NCBI GenBank assembly: GCA_964016885.1
Contig: OZ024741.1
Coordinates: 324,942,001-325,006,000, forward strand
Origin: Eledone cirrhosa
Lineage: Eukaryota
Direction: 5' to 3'
Length of the DNA stretch: 64,000 nt
Shown in pieces: positions 43,394 through 57,109 of the stretch. The first letter of the stretch is position 1. The number at the start of each line of letters is the position of its first letter. The translations under genes were made by a program, and so were the position numbers. Below the pieces are notes generated by a model. That model saw nothing but the letters and a program-made list of their open reading frames with translations, ran no database searches and was not told where the DNA came from.

Positions 43394-46300
43394 GCAATAA
43401 TAATAATAACGAGAACAACAATAATAATATACATATTCATATATATATACACACACACGCACGCACATAAGCATATCTACACACACACACACACACACAA
43501 ACACACGATAGCAACTAACAGTGCTGCGATCGAATGTGGCTTTTTAGCCCAGCCAATGATCTAAAATGTCTTGCACAGAGTCGGCAACCAAAACATTTAC
43601 TGGGAATAGTCGGCTGTGGTTGGAGTTCGTGTACTTTTGCATGTCGCTTGAGTCCTCCTGCTGATTTACATTCTCTACCACATGTTTGGCAAGCATGATG
43701 AGTAGCATCTCCAACAGCAGCCTGGTAGTCAACCACTGGTCTTACTTTATGACTGCGAAGATGACTTTCGAGTCCAGCTTTGCTTAGGCAGAGTCTCGCA
43801 CAGACGCTGCATGTCAGAAACATAGGAGGACCCTCGCCGTCTGGAAGTGCAACAGCAATACCCTTCCTCACGTCCCGCTTTACTTTCTCGTGTGCGATTC
43901 GAGATGCCTCAAAGGCAACTTTTCCCTCATATACAGTCTTTCTCCATTTATTACGATCAGCAGCAATATTTTCCCATGTATCAGCAGAGATGTTAGCGTC
44001 TTTCAGAGAGGCCTTCAAGGAATCCTTATACCTCTTTTTTGGTTTATGTGGCGGTCGTTTTCCTTTAACCAACTCTCCATAGAAGAGTTGTTTTGGTATT
44101 CTAGAATCCTTCATCCTGGCAAGGTGACCACTCCAACGGAGTCGCTGCTTAAGCACAAGAGCTTCTATACTGTCACACATAGAGCTTTCCAAAATCTCGA
44201 CATCACTGATGTGGTCCCTCCAGCGAACGCCATGTATCCGTCTGAGACACATCTGATGGAAACGCTCCAATTGCTTAAGGTGGCGTCGATATGTGACCCA
44301 GGTCTCGCAGGCATAAAGAAGACAAGAGAGTACACATGCCCTGTACACCTTTACCTTTGTCCTCCTGCATATGTCTCGCCGACCCCAGAGTCGCCTTTCT
44401 AGCTTTCCGAAAGCATCACTTGCTTTCCTAATCCTAAGTGAGATTTCACCGTCAAGGTTGCCGTATCGATTGACAGTGCTTCCCAGGTAGACAAACTGAT
44501 CAACCACTCCAAGTCGTTTGCCATACACATAGATGTTTGGTTCAGTGTACTGCCTACCAGGTGCAGGTTGGTACATGACGACGGTTTTCTTGAGACTGAC
44601 AGTCAAACCCAGGGCAGTGCAAGCGTCAGAAAATACATTCAAAATGTGCTGCATATCACTCTCCGTGTGCGCTACAAGATCGCAATCATCTGCATACAAG
44701 AGGTCTCTTATGACTGATGTAAATACTTTTGTCTTCGCAGCAAAGCGCCTGATGTTAAATATGCTGCCTGAGGTTCGATATCGGATGTAAACACCATGCT
44801 CGCAATTCCTGAATGCAATACAGAAAACCATTGCAAAGTATATGGCAAACAGGGTCGGTGCTGGAATATCCCCCTGTTTCACTCCATTTTTTACTGAGAT
44901 AGGCTCCGACATGTTACCTCCGACATTAACCCAAGCCTTCATGTCGTCATGGAAAGACCTAACTAAAGCAAGGAACTTATCAGGGCAACCAAGTTTCTGG
45001 AGAACCTTCCATAATGCATCTCTGTTGACAGTATCGAAAGCCTTTGTCAGATCGACAAAAACCTGATACAGATCCAAGCCCTGTTCAATGCACTTCTCCT
45101 GGAGCTGTCTAGCTGAGAAGATCATATCAGTAGTGCCGCGTCCAACACGAAAACCAGATTGACTTTCAGGAAGGACACAATCTGCAATGTGTGTCAGCAG
45201 ACGGTCCAGAAGCACCCTACATAAAACTTTCCCCACGACAGAAAGCAATGATATACCTCTGTAGTTCCCACAATCATTCCTGTTACCCTTTCCCTTGTAC
45301 AAGACCACCATCACTGCATCTCTCCAGTCCTCAGGCACGGATTCATTAGCCCATATCCCTCCAAACAGAGAGTGAAGATGTTGCAGGAGTCTCTCACCAC
45401 CATATTGTAGGAGCTCAGCATGTATGCCATCCATACCTGGAGATCTTCCACTGTTCAGCTTCGAAATAGCCACTGCAACCTCCACAAGTGTCGGAGGTTC
45501 TGCGAGAGCTACTTTCACAGGACTTTCCGGAATGAGATTGAGGAAATCTTCACTGACGACAGACGGCTGATTCAAAAGATCATCAAAGTGCTCTCGCCAC
45601 CTTCGTAGAATTCCCTGTGAGTTACGAAGGAGTTCTTTGCCATCCCTGCTGCGAATCGGTGTGACCAGAGAAGAAGACGGTCCATAAACCTCACGCAAGA
45701 GACTGTACAACAGCTTTGTGTTATTGCAATCAGACGCAGTTTGTATCTCACCAGCCTTCTCACTCCACCACTGATCCTTCATCTGAGAAAGACTCCGCCT
45801 AACACGTGATTTTACATCCCTGAGCTCCTCATGCAACGTATTCCTCTCCTGTGGTTTTGCCGTCAAGTAGCGTGACAGAGCGCGCCTCTTATCAGCCAAC
45901 AAGTCATCTATATGCACATCTTTCTCATTAAACCAGTCCTGATGTTTTCTCTGCACCAATCCCAGAACACGTCTGCCTACATCATAAACCGACTTTTTAA
46001 GGGTCGGCCAATCCTCACCAAGATCTGCAGCCTGCATCTCTTCTTCCAATGTCCTCTTCACATTTTTATCCTTAAGACGAGCAGCATTCAATCTTTTGGG
46101 CAGGGCAACACCAGGAGCCCGGATTTTACGTTTGGTGATTAGATTCACTTTTGCGCGTACCAGGCGGTGGTCCGTCCAGCACTCAGCTCCACGAAGAACA
46201 CGAACACACTGCACATCCTGTCTGTCACGCATCCTGACTAGGACGTAGTCCAAAAGATGCCATTCCTTAGATGCAGGATGCATCCATGTGGTCTTGAATT

Positions 46301-47069
46301 TGTTCTTTTGTTGGAACATGGTGTTGGTAACACACAGATCCAGCTCCTCACACATCTGCAGCAAGAGCATACCATTGCTGTTACACTTTCCCACCCCATG
46401 CCTTCCGATTACATTCCATGTGTTAAAATCCCTACCCACTCTAGCATTAAAGTCACCAAGCACGATGACTTTGTCTGCCTGAGGGATATTTCTTAAAACA
46501 CCTTTCAAGGCATGGTAAAAGGACAGTTTTTCTTCATCGACAGAATTCATAGTTGGAGCATACACACTCACCAGGGTAGCATATCTTCCCTTGTCCAGCG
46601 GAACTCTCATGGACATAAGACGCTCACTAATCCCCACTGGGAATTCTTCTAATTTATTCACCAGTACAGTCTTAACAGCAAATCCCACCCCAGCCTCTCT
46701 TCTGGTTCCTTCATCTCTTCCTTTCCAGAAGAATGTATATTCTCCACAAAATTCCGTAAGATGACCTTCTCCAGCTAACCTCGTCTCAGACAAAGCCACG
46801 ATGTCAAGATCGTAACGTCGAAGCTCCTTCGCAACAAGAGCGGTCCTTCGTTCAGGACGCTCCAAAGAATCCCTGTCAAGCAGCGTCCGTACGTTCCAGC
46901 AGCCAAGACTAAATGCCCTGTTTGGCTCTATTACAATGGCACGATGACGGGCGGGCCCAGGTTGTGATAACTTGGGGCCCCTGCCCTTATTGCCAATGAT
47001 CCTTTTTGTTCCAGAACCCAAATTGGCAATTATCTCGTTTACATTGTTCTGGAACATCATTGAATTGGG

Positions 47070-47105
<36 letters not shown>

Positions 47106-47589
47106 TAATAATAGTAATAATAATAATAATAATAATAATAGTACACTATTAATAATTATTAATGCACTCGTGCAATGCCTGTGCGTGACGAATATTTTTA
47201 AAGTGAGGAAAGACTGTGCACTGAACCAATCCCACTCTCTGAGCGACAGTAGCTATAACCCGAAAAGAAGAAAAGATCAACATCATCGGTAACTACTGAG
47301 CCGCAGGTTTTATATTGGAGTTAACCCAGTTTCCTGAGATGCCTTCTCCTAGAAGAATACCCTGACATGGGCTAGGGGTTCTTCACTCCCAGTGGTTTAA
47401 CTGCGCGATCGGGCATCCAGCCCGATTATTTCTATGTCCCCGCGCAAAAAAAAAAAAAAAAAAAAAATTACTTATTGACACTTATACGTACGACATACAC
47501 ACACACGCATACATATGCGTGCACACAGCAACACTCACACACACAACAAACACACACACACGCTACTCTACGCTACTCTACTCTACTAT

Positions 47590-47590
<1 letters not shown>
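43059..47590 (-). mobile_element. Near-full-length RTE LINE, copy 2
   Basis: Single ORF; 5' UTR with CTAGGAGAAGG motif; 3' end gcaatggccatactcgataacgagggggcagccatcat running into a TA/TATG array; collinear with 31495-35997. Confidence 0.93.
43515..47060 (-). CDS. Intact RTE-clade LINE ORF: APE endonuclease + reverse transcriptase + three C-terminal C2H2 zinc fingers (1181 aa)
   Basis: APE motifs CWNVRTL, LSETRL, GDFNA, LDYVL, TDHRLV; RT motifs NYRGISLL, FVDLTKAFD, GVKQG, LLYADD, YLGS; fingers [64 protein letters not shown]; no stops. Confidence 0.96.
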   Translation of the reverse strand: MMFQNNVNEIIANLGSGTKRIIGNKGRGPKLSQPGPARHRAIVIEPNRAFSLGCWNVRTLLDRDSLERPERRTALVAKELRRYDLDIVALSETRLAGEGHLTEFCGEYTFFWKGRDEGTRREAGVGFAVKTVLVNKLEEFPVGISERLMSMRVPLDKGRYATLVSVYAPTMNSVDEEKLSFYHALKGVLRNIPQADKVIVLGDFNARVGRDFNTWNVIGRHGVGKCNSNGMLLLQMCEELDLCVTNTMFQQKNKFKTTWMHPASKEWHLLDYVLVRMRDRQDVQCVRVLRGAECWTDHRLVRAKVNLITKRKIRAPGVALPKRLNAARLKDKNVKRTLEEEMQAADLGEDWPTLKKSVYDVGRRVLGLVQRKHQDWFNEKDVHIDDLLADKRRALSRYLTAKPQERNTLHEELRDVKSRVRRSLSQMKDQWWSEKAGEIQTASDCNNTKLLYSLLREVYGPSSSLVTPIRSRDGKELLRNSQGILRRWREHFDDLLNQPSVVSEDFLNLIPESPVKVALAEPPTLVEVAVAISKLNSGRSPGMDGIHAELLQYGGERLLQHLHSLFGGIWANESVPEDWRDAVMVVLYKGKGNRNDCGNYRGISLLSVVGKVLCRVLLDRLLTHIADCVLPESQSGFRVGRGTTDMIFSARQLQEKCIEQGLDLYQVFVDLTKAFDTVNRDALWKVLQKLGCPDKFLALVRSFHDDMKAWVNVGGNMSEPISVKNGVKQGDIPAPTLFAIYFAMVFCIAFRNCEHGVYIRYRTSGSIFNIRRFAAKTKVFTSVIRDLLYADDCDLVAHTESDMQHILNVFSDACTALGLTVSLKKTVVMYQPAPGRQYTEPNIYVYGKRLGVVDQFVYLGSTVNRYGNLDGEISLRIRKASDAFGKLERRLWGRRDICRRTKVKVYRACVLSCLLYACETWVTYRRHLKQLERFHQMCLRRIHGVRWRDHISDVEILESSMCDSIEALVLKQRLRWSGHLARMKDSRIPKQLFYGELVKGKRPPHKPKKRYKDSLKASLKDANISADTWENIAADRNKWRKTVYEGKVAFEASRIAHEKVKRDVRKGIAVALPDGEGPPMFLTCSVCARLCLSKAGLESHLRSHKVRPVVDYQAAVGDATHHACQTCGRECKSAGGLKRHAKVHELQPQPTIPSKCFGCRLCARHFRSLAGLKSHIRSQHC

Positions 47591-48697
<1,107 letters not shown>

Positions 48698-48908
48698 TTG
48701 TTTATTTACATGTTACAGGTTGGTTGTTTGTTCTATGTGCGTGTATGTTTTCATTTTGTCCTTAATTGTAAGTTGTGATGTTGCTGTTCCACTCATGTTT
48801 TCTATTTAATTTTGGTTGTAATTCTTTTATGTTTATTGCCTCTGTGTTTTGTCTAAACAGACGCAATGTTTAGACAAATCACAGAGGCAATAAACTCATT
48901 TACTCATT

Positions 48909-48972
<64 letters not shown>

Positions 48973-49149
48973 ATATATATTTTTAAATTCCTCACTTGAC
49001 TAAAATTCCTCCACTGGGATTTGAAAGTCTTTCCGTGGGAGTCAAGTGCCTCCTGTGTGAGAATCACCGTTCTAGTTAAAAGTCTTTGTTGTTATTCTGT
49101 TTTCCAGTGTGTTGTCTAATACCTTCTTCCCTTGTTATTTTTCATCTTA

Positions 49150-49340
49150 CAGACATATTCAAGCTGCTAAAAAAGGTAGACCTGCCAAAGAAGACTAGGA
49201 GATCCACCCCAAAAGATGCCCAGCCCATGTATGACACAAATTGGTTTCAAGCACCAACCAGAGACAGAGAAAGATGGAGGAGTATAGTGGCTCGTTGTCG
49301 TGAGGATGGGGGTACCAGATGACCAGATGACCAGATGACA
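49150..49340 (+). mobile_element. Old RTE-like LINE 3' fragment
   Basis: TRDRERWRSIVARC followed by a short (ccagatga) tandem tail. Confidence 0.5.
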
Positions 49341-49999
49341 CATATATTCCACTGAATAAAGATTGTTCCTATCCACTGTCATCCTGATTTAGACCATGAT
49401 CCCGCCTGTAATTTAGTACGAAATCATACAGGCGTATATTTAAGTTTGCCTGCTGACGTGTGAAGATGTTGCACTGTCGTCTGTTGTAATTGTTCAATTC
49501 ACCTTTGTCTTGTGCAAATATCTACGATTTTGAAATGGACCTGCTCTTCTCAATTGTTTAGTTCTTTTACTGTGTTCCGTTACGCATAAGAACGCTATGA
49601 GCATTACATGCACAGGTGTGTATTCCTGTAACCTATACTCAAATCAATTGTAATTAGTACTGATTACTCTAAATACTTAATTAACAGTTGGAAATAGAAC
49701 CTACAGTTCACATCCTTGCTTGGCCTATTAACCAATTTTGCACGGCCATACATTTCACATTTGGCATAGATCTATTGCCAAGTGGGATAGGGTGGGGACT
49801 ACGCGTCACATTTTGACTGGGCTTTTTACCAGATTTGCACAGGTCTGCGCACACTACCACCGCCACCGCCACTAGCTCCACCACTACCATCTCCACCATC
49901 TTCATCATTACCACAAGCATCACCACCACCTCCACTACCACAGCCACCACCATCAGCACAACCATATCCACCACATCTACCACATACACACACGCACAC

Positions 50000-50108
<109 letters not shown>

Positions 50109-50129
50109 TGTGTGTGTGTGTATATATAT

Positions 50130-50325
50130 AACGAAGGAATTGTGGTAAGGAACCAGATGGACCATAACACACCAGAGTACTCAATATTTAGGGTAGTAGA
50201 GTGGGTAATAGGAAAAAGTATGACCCCGACGGCAGAGCTCAAGCCGTTTCCACGGCTATTTCTGGACCAGAAATAGCCGTCGAAACGGCTTGAGCTCTGC
50301 CGTCGGGTTCATACTTTTTCCTATA
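50130..50325. mobile_element. Fold-back element with one-sided tail (PLE-like architecture)
   Basis: About 60-bp inverted arms centred near 50266 plus a ~75-bp tail; related copies at 59826-60056 and 5717-5837, all in (TA)n. Confidence 0.65.
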
Positions 50326-50805
50326 TATATATATATATATATATATACATACATACACATATACATACATATGTACATACATAAACACATATACATACAT
50401 AAACACAAATACACACACTTATATACACACATCTTGCCACTGTTCTCTGTATCAACGCCGCCATGTCAGCCGCCGCCATGTCACTGTTATTGTTTATCGC
50501 CTTAGTTCATCCCACATATTCCTCCCCCTCTCCCCTACACACCTTTCTCTCTCTCTCACTCTCTTTTCCCCTGTCCAGTCTCTACACACGCCCCCACCCC
50601 AACATGCACACACATTCAAATTTCTTTCTCCCCCCCACCACCGCCACTGCTACAACTACCATTACAACCCCTACCACTACCTTCACCTGCACCTACCACT
50701 ACAAATACTACAACCACAACCGATACCTTCACTACCACCACTACTATCACCACCACCCCTACTATCCCCGCCAACACTACCATCACCAACACCTCTACCA
50801 TCACT

Positions 50806-50837
<32 letters not shown>

Positions 50838-51679
50838 CACCACCACCACCATCAACGCCACCGCTTCCACTATCACTACCGTAGTATAAGCTTATCACCT
50901 GAGCCGGTAAGTTAATAATAGTTATTGTTTGGTGAGAGGGAGGAGGAGAATAAGGGGAGAAAGGGGGGGGGGGGAGAGGGATAGACTGACAGAGACAGAG
51001 AGAGACAGAATGTGAGAGAAAGTGGGTGTAAGAGCAGCAGGGGGGGGGGACAAGAAAGTTAAAATGTGAGAGGAAATGGGAGGGGAGATGTGGGAGAAAG
51101 AGGAAGAGAAAACGAATGGCACATAGACAGAATAAGACTGAGGCAGGGAGGAGGAGAAACAAAAAGGCAGTTAGGGAGGTAGAGAAACAGTGGGAGTGTC
51201 AGCGAGAGAGAGGGGGGGGTGAAGGTGTGTGAGAGAGAGAGAGAGAGAGAGTGACACGCATACACACTCAGAGAGAGACGGAGAGAAACATATATATATA
51301 TATATAAAGACAGACAGAGAGTGGGGGAGAGGGAGGGGGAAAGAGAGATAGGACCGTAGAAAAGAGAGAAAGAGTGGGAAACATGAAGCTTAGTTGACGG
51401 AGTGAAGTGCCAAAACCTCCGACATTGCTGTAAACCTGAAATTAATCCCTTGTTTTGTTTGCAATGGCGGTGAACTGGTTCTACCAGTCCACGGTACCTA
51501 TTTACAGTTATGTGACCTGAGTCAGCGAGAAGTAAGTGACGAAAGTTTGGTAAATGATGTAAATAGCTGCAGTTAATGATAAACAGAAAATAGAAAATGA
51601 ATAAATGATGGTGATGGTGATGGTGGTGGTGGTGGTGGTGGTGGTGATCATGATGATGATGGTGATGATGGAGATCTTG

Positions 51680-51830
51680 GTACCATTTCCAACCCGACTG
51701 CGCATGTCAATCCTGTTCATGTAAACAGTGTACAGAAGTGACCGTACGCACCCTTGGCGGAGTCCGACTCCCACATTGAATGGTTTCGATTTAGCACCAT
51801 TTATCCGAACTCAAATACTCGGGGATTCGT
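51680..51830 (-). pseudogene. Old LINE reverse transcriptase fragment
   Basis: VRINGAKSKPFNVGVGLRQGCV..LYTVYMNRI. Confidence 0.7.
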
Positions 51831-51904
51831 ATAGAGACATCAAGGCAGCAAGAAGCTGACCATCGAAGATAATGGAGGTGATGATGATAATGATGATTAT
51901 AATG

Positions 51905-51945
<41 letters not shown>

Positions 51946-52301
51946 ACCAACACCGTTGTTTTGTATTATGAAGATATATGAGCCAAAAGACCGATATGCG
52001 ATATTGATAAGAAGCTCGGTATCACACGCAGTAACAAATTGTATAAGCGCAAAATGGAAGGTTTGACACACACACGCTTGCGCACACATCATCATTGTCA
52101 TCACCACCCATTAGGTAGCTGCTGCGGTCCGGTTACGTATGCCGTGTTTGGGCGGATGGGTGGTCCGCATTTGATTTGCTGTACTTGGAGGGTGAGTACG
52201 GTTTAGTTTGGCAGGAATCCTGGATACAGGTTGGTGTTCAGTTTAGGATGTTTACTGAGGATTAATAGACTGAATGGAGCAATAACGGCCTTATTTACGT
52301 A

Positions 52302-52376
<75 letters not shown>

Positions 52377-52412
52377 ACTTACGCCGGTTGTCTTCAAAAC
52401 AAACTTGCTTCT

Positions 52413-52445
<33 letters not shown>

Positions 52446-52479
52446 AGATTTGAATGGATACAGTTTAGTTGAAAGGAAT

Positions 52480-52596
52480 TTATTGACACGTGTTTCTATA
52501 ACAGTTACATAACCTAAAACAGCTATCTACAAACTTTTAGTTATGCAGACATTCAATATTTCAATGTTATTGTTTACTGTCATTTCATCAGAATAA
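52480..52596 (-). ncRNA. Hammerhead, copy in the ORF-sense pLTR
   Basis: Reverse complement of 55210-55326. Confidence 0.78.
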
Positions 52597-53190
52597 TATT
52601 ACTGAGGACCTATTTAGTTTTTATAGAGAATGTTAGGAGGAAGGGGTGAAGTTGTTAGAAGAATAGTTGAAGGAGTGGTTTTTCGATAGCAGTGAGAATT
52701 CTTGGTGGCAGTGATTAATTAGATTCCCATCTGTTGTTTTGACATTTTTTTTATAGAATATATTATTGGTTATTTTTCTAAATCTATAGAAGGATTAGAG
52801 ATAGTAAAGATATGCGTGGTTGGTTTTGTGTTTGCACTTAACATTCAGACTTAAATTTTTCTTTCAAGTGTACGTATTCTTTCACCCACGCATTCACACA
52901 CAAATATATTTGCACACCTCTACAAAATACATATACTCACAATTCACATATTCATACTTACATATATATACACATGCATACACATATATATACACACATG
53001 TATTCATGTACATACATACGCGCTCATGTGTATACATTTTCATACTCAACTTATCTTTATATATACACACGTATAGACACACACATATATACATACATAC
53101 TCAAGTCCATGTGTACACACATACACATACATACACATCCATATACACATACATACATACACATATATATATATACATATATACATATAC

Positions 53191-53221
<31 letters not shown>

Positions 53222-53244
53222 CACATACATATATACACACATAT

Positions 53245-53277
<33 letters not shown>

Positions 53278-53546
53278 AGCACTTTAATACATGAATACAC
53301 TTACATCTAACTATACACATCAAACATATATATATATTTACTTATTTATATACATTTTCACATATATATACATACTTATGGACGTTTTTAGACACATTCA
53401 TTATCGCATATTTGTACCTATTCTCATCAGCATATCTTTTCATTATTAGTATGGTAATTTAAGGTTATTAATATATGTTGAGAAGAGATTGTTTTTATAT
53501 TTTTCTAACTAGATTAAGGTTTATATAGTTGGGGGATGTCCCTCTT

Positions 53547-54860
53547 TTATGTAATATTCTGCTTGTAGTGGGAAAAAAGGGTTTTAGTTCTGTGACGGCA
53601 GAATAATGTTCGTTCAATTCTGTTATTCAGCAGTTTCTTCTTGTGTGTGATTATGTAATAAATCTCAAGATTGCACAATTTGCAGAAATTTTGGCTCCTG
53701 GAAAAGCTCTGGGTTTTAGCTAATTTTTCCCATTTTAGGGTAAACTTTTGATTGCTATCCCTGAGCGTCCAAGCTTTTTCTGCTAAAGTTGTTACATTTC
53801 TTTGGCTCTGGTGTTTTATTGAGTAAGAATGCCTATACAATCGAGATTTAAACGATGTTGCCGTTGATCCCACGTAATACCACTCGTTGCCTCCGGATTT
53901 AATGGTACACTTATAAATAATATTTTTTTCCAGGCAGTTATTGCCGAGGGGGCAGTTGTCAGGATAGGTGTAGTTACAGTTGTGTACGTTGGGTTTTCTC
54001 TGGAGTAGTATTGCGGACGAACTTAGGTGTGGTTTATTTATGTTCTGTAGTGTATTGTCTACTGTTTTTTTGGGGTTCTTTGTACTTAAGTTCTTAGTGT
54101 TTTCGTTTAACCTTCTAGTATTGATCTTTTTTATGTGTTGTTCAAGGTTTAACGCTGTAGAGTATGACAGTCTTATAGTGGTAGGGTTTAGGATTTTGTG
54201 GTATTTGTGTGATGTGGGAAAATGTCTTTTAATTATTTTAAAGAAGAGTACTGGTAAATTTGTACTAATGGAGCTATTGTATTCGGGGTTATACCATAAG
54301 TACTCTTTGCATCGCTTTCTATTAGTTTTGTTTGTTGGTTTACTGGTGTGCATACTATGGTAGTAAGTGTGGTTTGGTGTTGTGTTATTATATCTACCTA
54401 TGTGGGATTTATTTTGGGTGTTTTGATTGTTCCCATCTATGTACTCTATTTTGTTGAGGTAGCCTGCTTTACTAAGGGCGTTATCGTAGTACTCGGCGTG
54501 TTCCTTAAATACTTGTATGTTAGAAGATAGACCCGAGATTCTAAGGGAAATATTTTTAGGGATAGATTTAATTATAGAGATGGGGTGGTTAGACCCAACA
54601 TTTACGTATTTGAGATTTTCATTCAATTTATGAAACGGTTTAATCAAACCAGAGTTTAAATTGAGTGTGACATCCAGGAAGTTAACTACTTTAAGGTTGT
54701 ATTCATATGTTATAGTTAGTCCTATTTCGAGTAGTAGTTTTCTTATATCTTTGCGTAGTTTTTCTAGTTTTTGGTTATTAAGGTTTTTAGCTAGGAGGAG
54801 AACATCGTCGCGGTATATTCCGCCGTGGAGATTGCTGAATTTTTCCTGGAGTATATGAAT
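53547..54860 (-). CDS. Penelope-like RT C-terminal half + Cys linker + GIY-YIG endonuclease (open, 5'-truncated; resembles Naiad-type PLEs)
   Basis: The frame is open upstream of the listed ORF: GGIYRDDVLL, VNFLDVTLNL, SNHP, WYNPEY, CNY..CPLGNNCL, IIYKC, YVGST..FKSRLYRH, CKLCNLE, CRH. Confidence 0.88.
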   Translation of the reverse strand: MHILQEKFSNLHGGIYRDDVLLLAKNLNNQKLEKLRKDIRKLLLEIGLTITYEYNLKVVNFLDVTLNLNSGLIKPFHKLNENLKYVNVGSNHPISIIKSIPKNISLRISGLSSNIQVFKEHAEYYDNALSKAGYLNKIEYIDGNNQNTQNKSHIGRYNNTTPNHTYYHSMHTSKPTNKTNRKRCKEYLWYNPEYNSSISTNLPVLFFKIIKRHFPTSHKYHKILNPTTIRLSYSTALNLEQHIKKINTRRLNENTKNLSTKNPKKTVDNTLQNINKPHLSSSAILLQRKPNVHNCNYTYPDNCPLGNNCLEKNIIYKCTIKSGGNEWYYVGSTATSFKSRLYRHSYSIKHQSQRNVTTLAEKAWTLRDSNQKFTLKWEKLAKTQSFSRSQNFCKLCNLEIYYIITHKKKLLNNRIERTLFCRHRTKTLFSHYKQNIT

Positions 54861-55209
54861 TTTTCCTGTGAGTATATGTATTTTGTAGAGGTGTGCAAAT
54901 ATATTTGTGTGTGAATGCGTGGGTGAAAGAATACGTACACTTGAAAGAAAAATTTAAGTCTGAATGTTAAGTGCAAACACAAAACCAACCACGCATATCT
55001 TTACTATCTCTAATCCTTCTATAGATTTAGAAAAATAACCAATAATATATTCTATAAAAAATGTCAAAACAACAGATGGGAATCTAATTAATCACTGCCA
55101 CCAAGAATTCTCACTGCTATCGAAAAACCACTCCTTCAACTATTCTTCTAACAACTTCACCCCTTCCTCCTAACATTCTCTATAAAAACTAAATAGGTCC
55201 TCAGTAATA

Positions 55210-55326
55210 TTATTCTGATGAAATGACAGTAAACAATAACATTGAAATATTGAATGTCTGCATAACTAAAAGTTTGTAGATAGCTGTTTTAGGTTATGTA
55301 ACTGTTATAGAAACACGTGTCAATAA
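55210..55326 (+). ncRNA. Hammerhead with long stem II and palindromic stem III, in pLTR
   Basis: ttatt-CTGATGA-aatgacagt...actgttata-GAAA-cacgtg-TC-aataa. Confidence 0.78.
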
Positions 55327-55473
55327 ATTCCTTTCAACTAAACTGTATCCATTCAAATCTTTCTATTTTTCTCCGGATTACTTTTGGAACTACAACTGGA
55401 ACCGTCGAGCAAACTCTACGTGAGCTGATAATCTACTGTGTGTAATATTTATATTACAACACAACGGAAAAAA

Positions 55474-55514
<41 letters not shown>

Positions 55515-55806
55515 TAACAGATTAAAGTTGAAGCAAAGAATCGCTACTTTCACCCTTAACAGGATCTTATCGAGCCCTCTTCGGATTTTAGTCTTCGCAT
55601 TTATTATATATATATAACCAAAGATTAGTATGGTTCCTTGATTACTCAACGAATACAATTTTACAAAAAAAAATTTCCTCGAGTTTTTAATATTATTCAA
55701 AATGTTAAAAAATGACAAATATTCTCATAATCAAAATATATACTTTATTATATATATTTCAAAGGTACTGTGTTGTTTTTTCAGTACGTCCTCATATATA
55801 ATCATA

Positions 55807-55872
55807 TATTTTGTCTGATGAGGACGTACTGAAAAAACAACACAGTACCTTTGAAATATATATAATAAAGTA
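55807..55872 (+). ncRNA. Minimal hammerhead within fold-back element 55616-55922
   Basis: tattttgt-CTGATGA-ggacgtactg..cagtaccttt-GAAA-tatata-TA-ataaagta; arms 55691-55795 / 55818-55922. Confidence 0.8.
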
Positions 55873-55919
55873 TATATTTTGATTATGAGAATATTTGTCA
55901 TTTTTTAACATTTTGAATA

Positions 55920-55955
<36 letters not shown>

Positions 55956-56182
55956 GAGTTCAAATCCCGCCGAGGTTAACTTTGCCTTTCATCCTTATGG
56001 GGTCGATAAAATAAAGTACCAGTAATGCACTGGGTAATTGCTGGCCTTGTGCCTAACGTAGAAACAATTATTACTATATATATATTACAGGGTCGATAAA
56101 ATAAAGTACCAGTAATGCACTGGGTAATTGCTGGTCTTGTACCTAAAGTAGAAACAATTATTACTATATATATATATATATA

Positions 56183-56253
56183 TTGGGCTGTCAAGTATGA
56201 AATTTGTAGAAATTTCTATAAAAAAAATTTCTACAAATTTCATACTTGACGAC

Positions 56254-56258
<5 letters not shown>
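56183..56258. mobile_element. Tiny palindromic Tc1/mariner-type MITE in (TA)n
   Basis: ttgggctgtcaagtatgaaatttgtagaaattt / aaatttctacaaatttcatacttgacgacccaa with TA flanks. Confidence 0.55.
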
Positions 56259-56312
<54 letters not shown>

Positions 56313-57109
56313 TAACGGATTGTGTCTAAAAATATTGGTTGCCAGGCGATAAAGGGGGGGGGGGGCACCTTCATCTGGAATGCTATCATTTAATTTACGA
56401 ATAAACAACATTTTCAAAAAATACATAAGTGGAAACAAAAAAGTACAATCAAATTTCTGCGGAAAAAAATTTATATTTTTTACTAATTATATGTAAATAC
56501 AGAATGTTATAATTGAATTTTTAGATAACTGTGAATGTATAGTATAGTATTATTTTTTAAGTATACTGTTATTTTGAAAATGTTTAAACTGAAAATAAAG
56601 TCCTATAAATCTATAAATCAATTTCAATATTTTTAATGAAGACTTTTTATTGTCAAAGAGATAAACAATGTTTTCCTATAAAAATCACGACATTGCAGTC
56701 AATACCACATCTTCATACATATACATCATTTGTTTGTTAACTCTTTACAAAGGAGATTTATTTCAAACAACTTGTACATATATTGTTGTTGTTTTTTTTT
56801 TATTAAACGTACTTATGTCAAGAATTCTATCACTACCAATTCGATTGCTCCTGCCCCTCTAAAAATAAAAGATAAATTGACATGGTTTTGATTTCTTCTA
56901 CTTTTAATATTTTACTTCCTTCTATTATTCGTTTTCCCTACTCTTGTCTTTACTATAAGGCCCTATAAAATTTTCAAAATAACAGTATATTATACATGTA
57001 CCAATTTTTTTAATTTTTTAGAAATTGGGCATATTTTAAAATAGTTTACTTGTACTGCACACTTTACACATTAACAAATAGTTCAAATGTGTATTACATG
57101 CAGTCCACT

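Larger units (their letters stand above)
52441..55476 (-). mobile_element. 5'-truncated Penelope-like element with inverted pLTR
   Basis: About 500-bp inverted arms 52441-52940 and 54866-55366, extra tail 55367-55476, (TA)n on both sides, RT/GIY-YIG ORF between the arms. Confidence 0.9.

Noticed and set aside
56310-56375. cagtaacggatt... as the terminal repeat of the hAT pseudogene
   Set aside because: Plausible, but no matching opposite end or TSD was found
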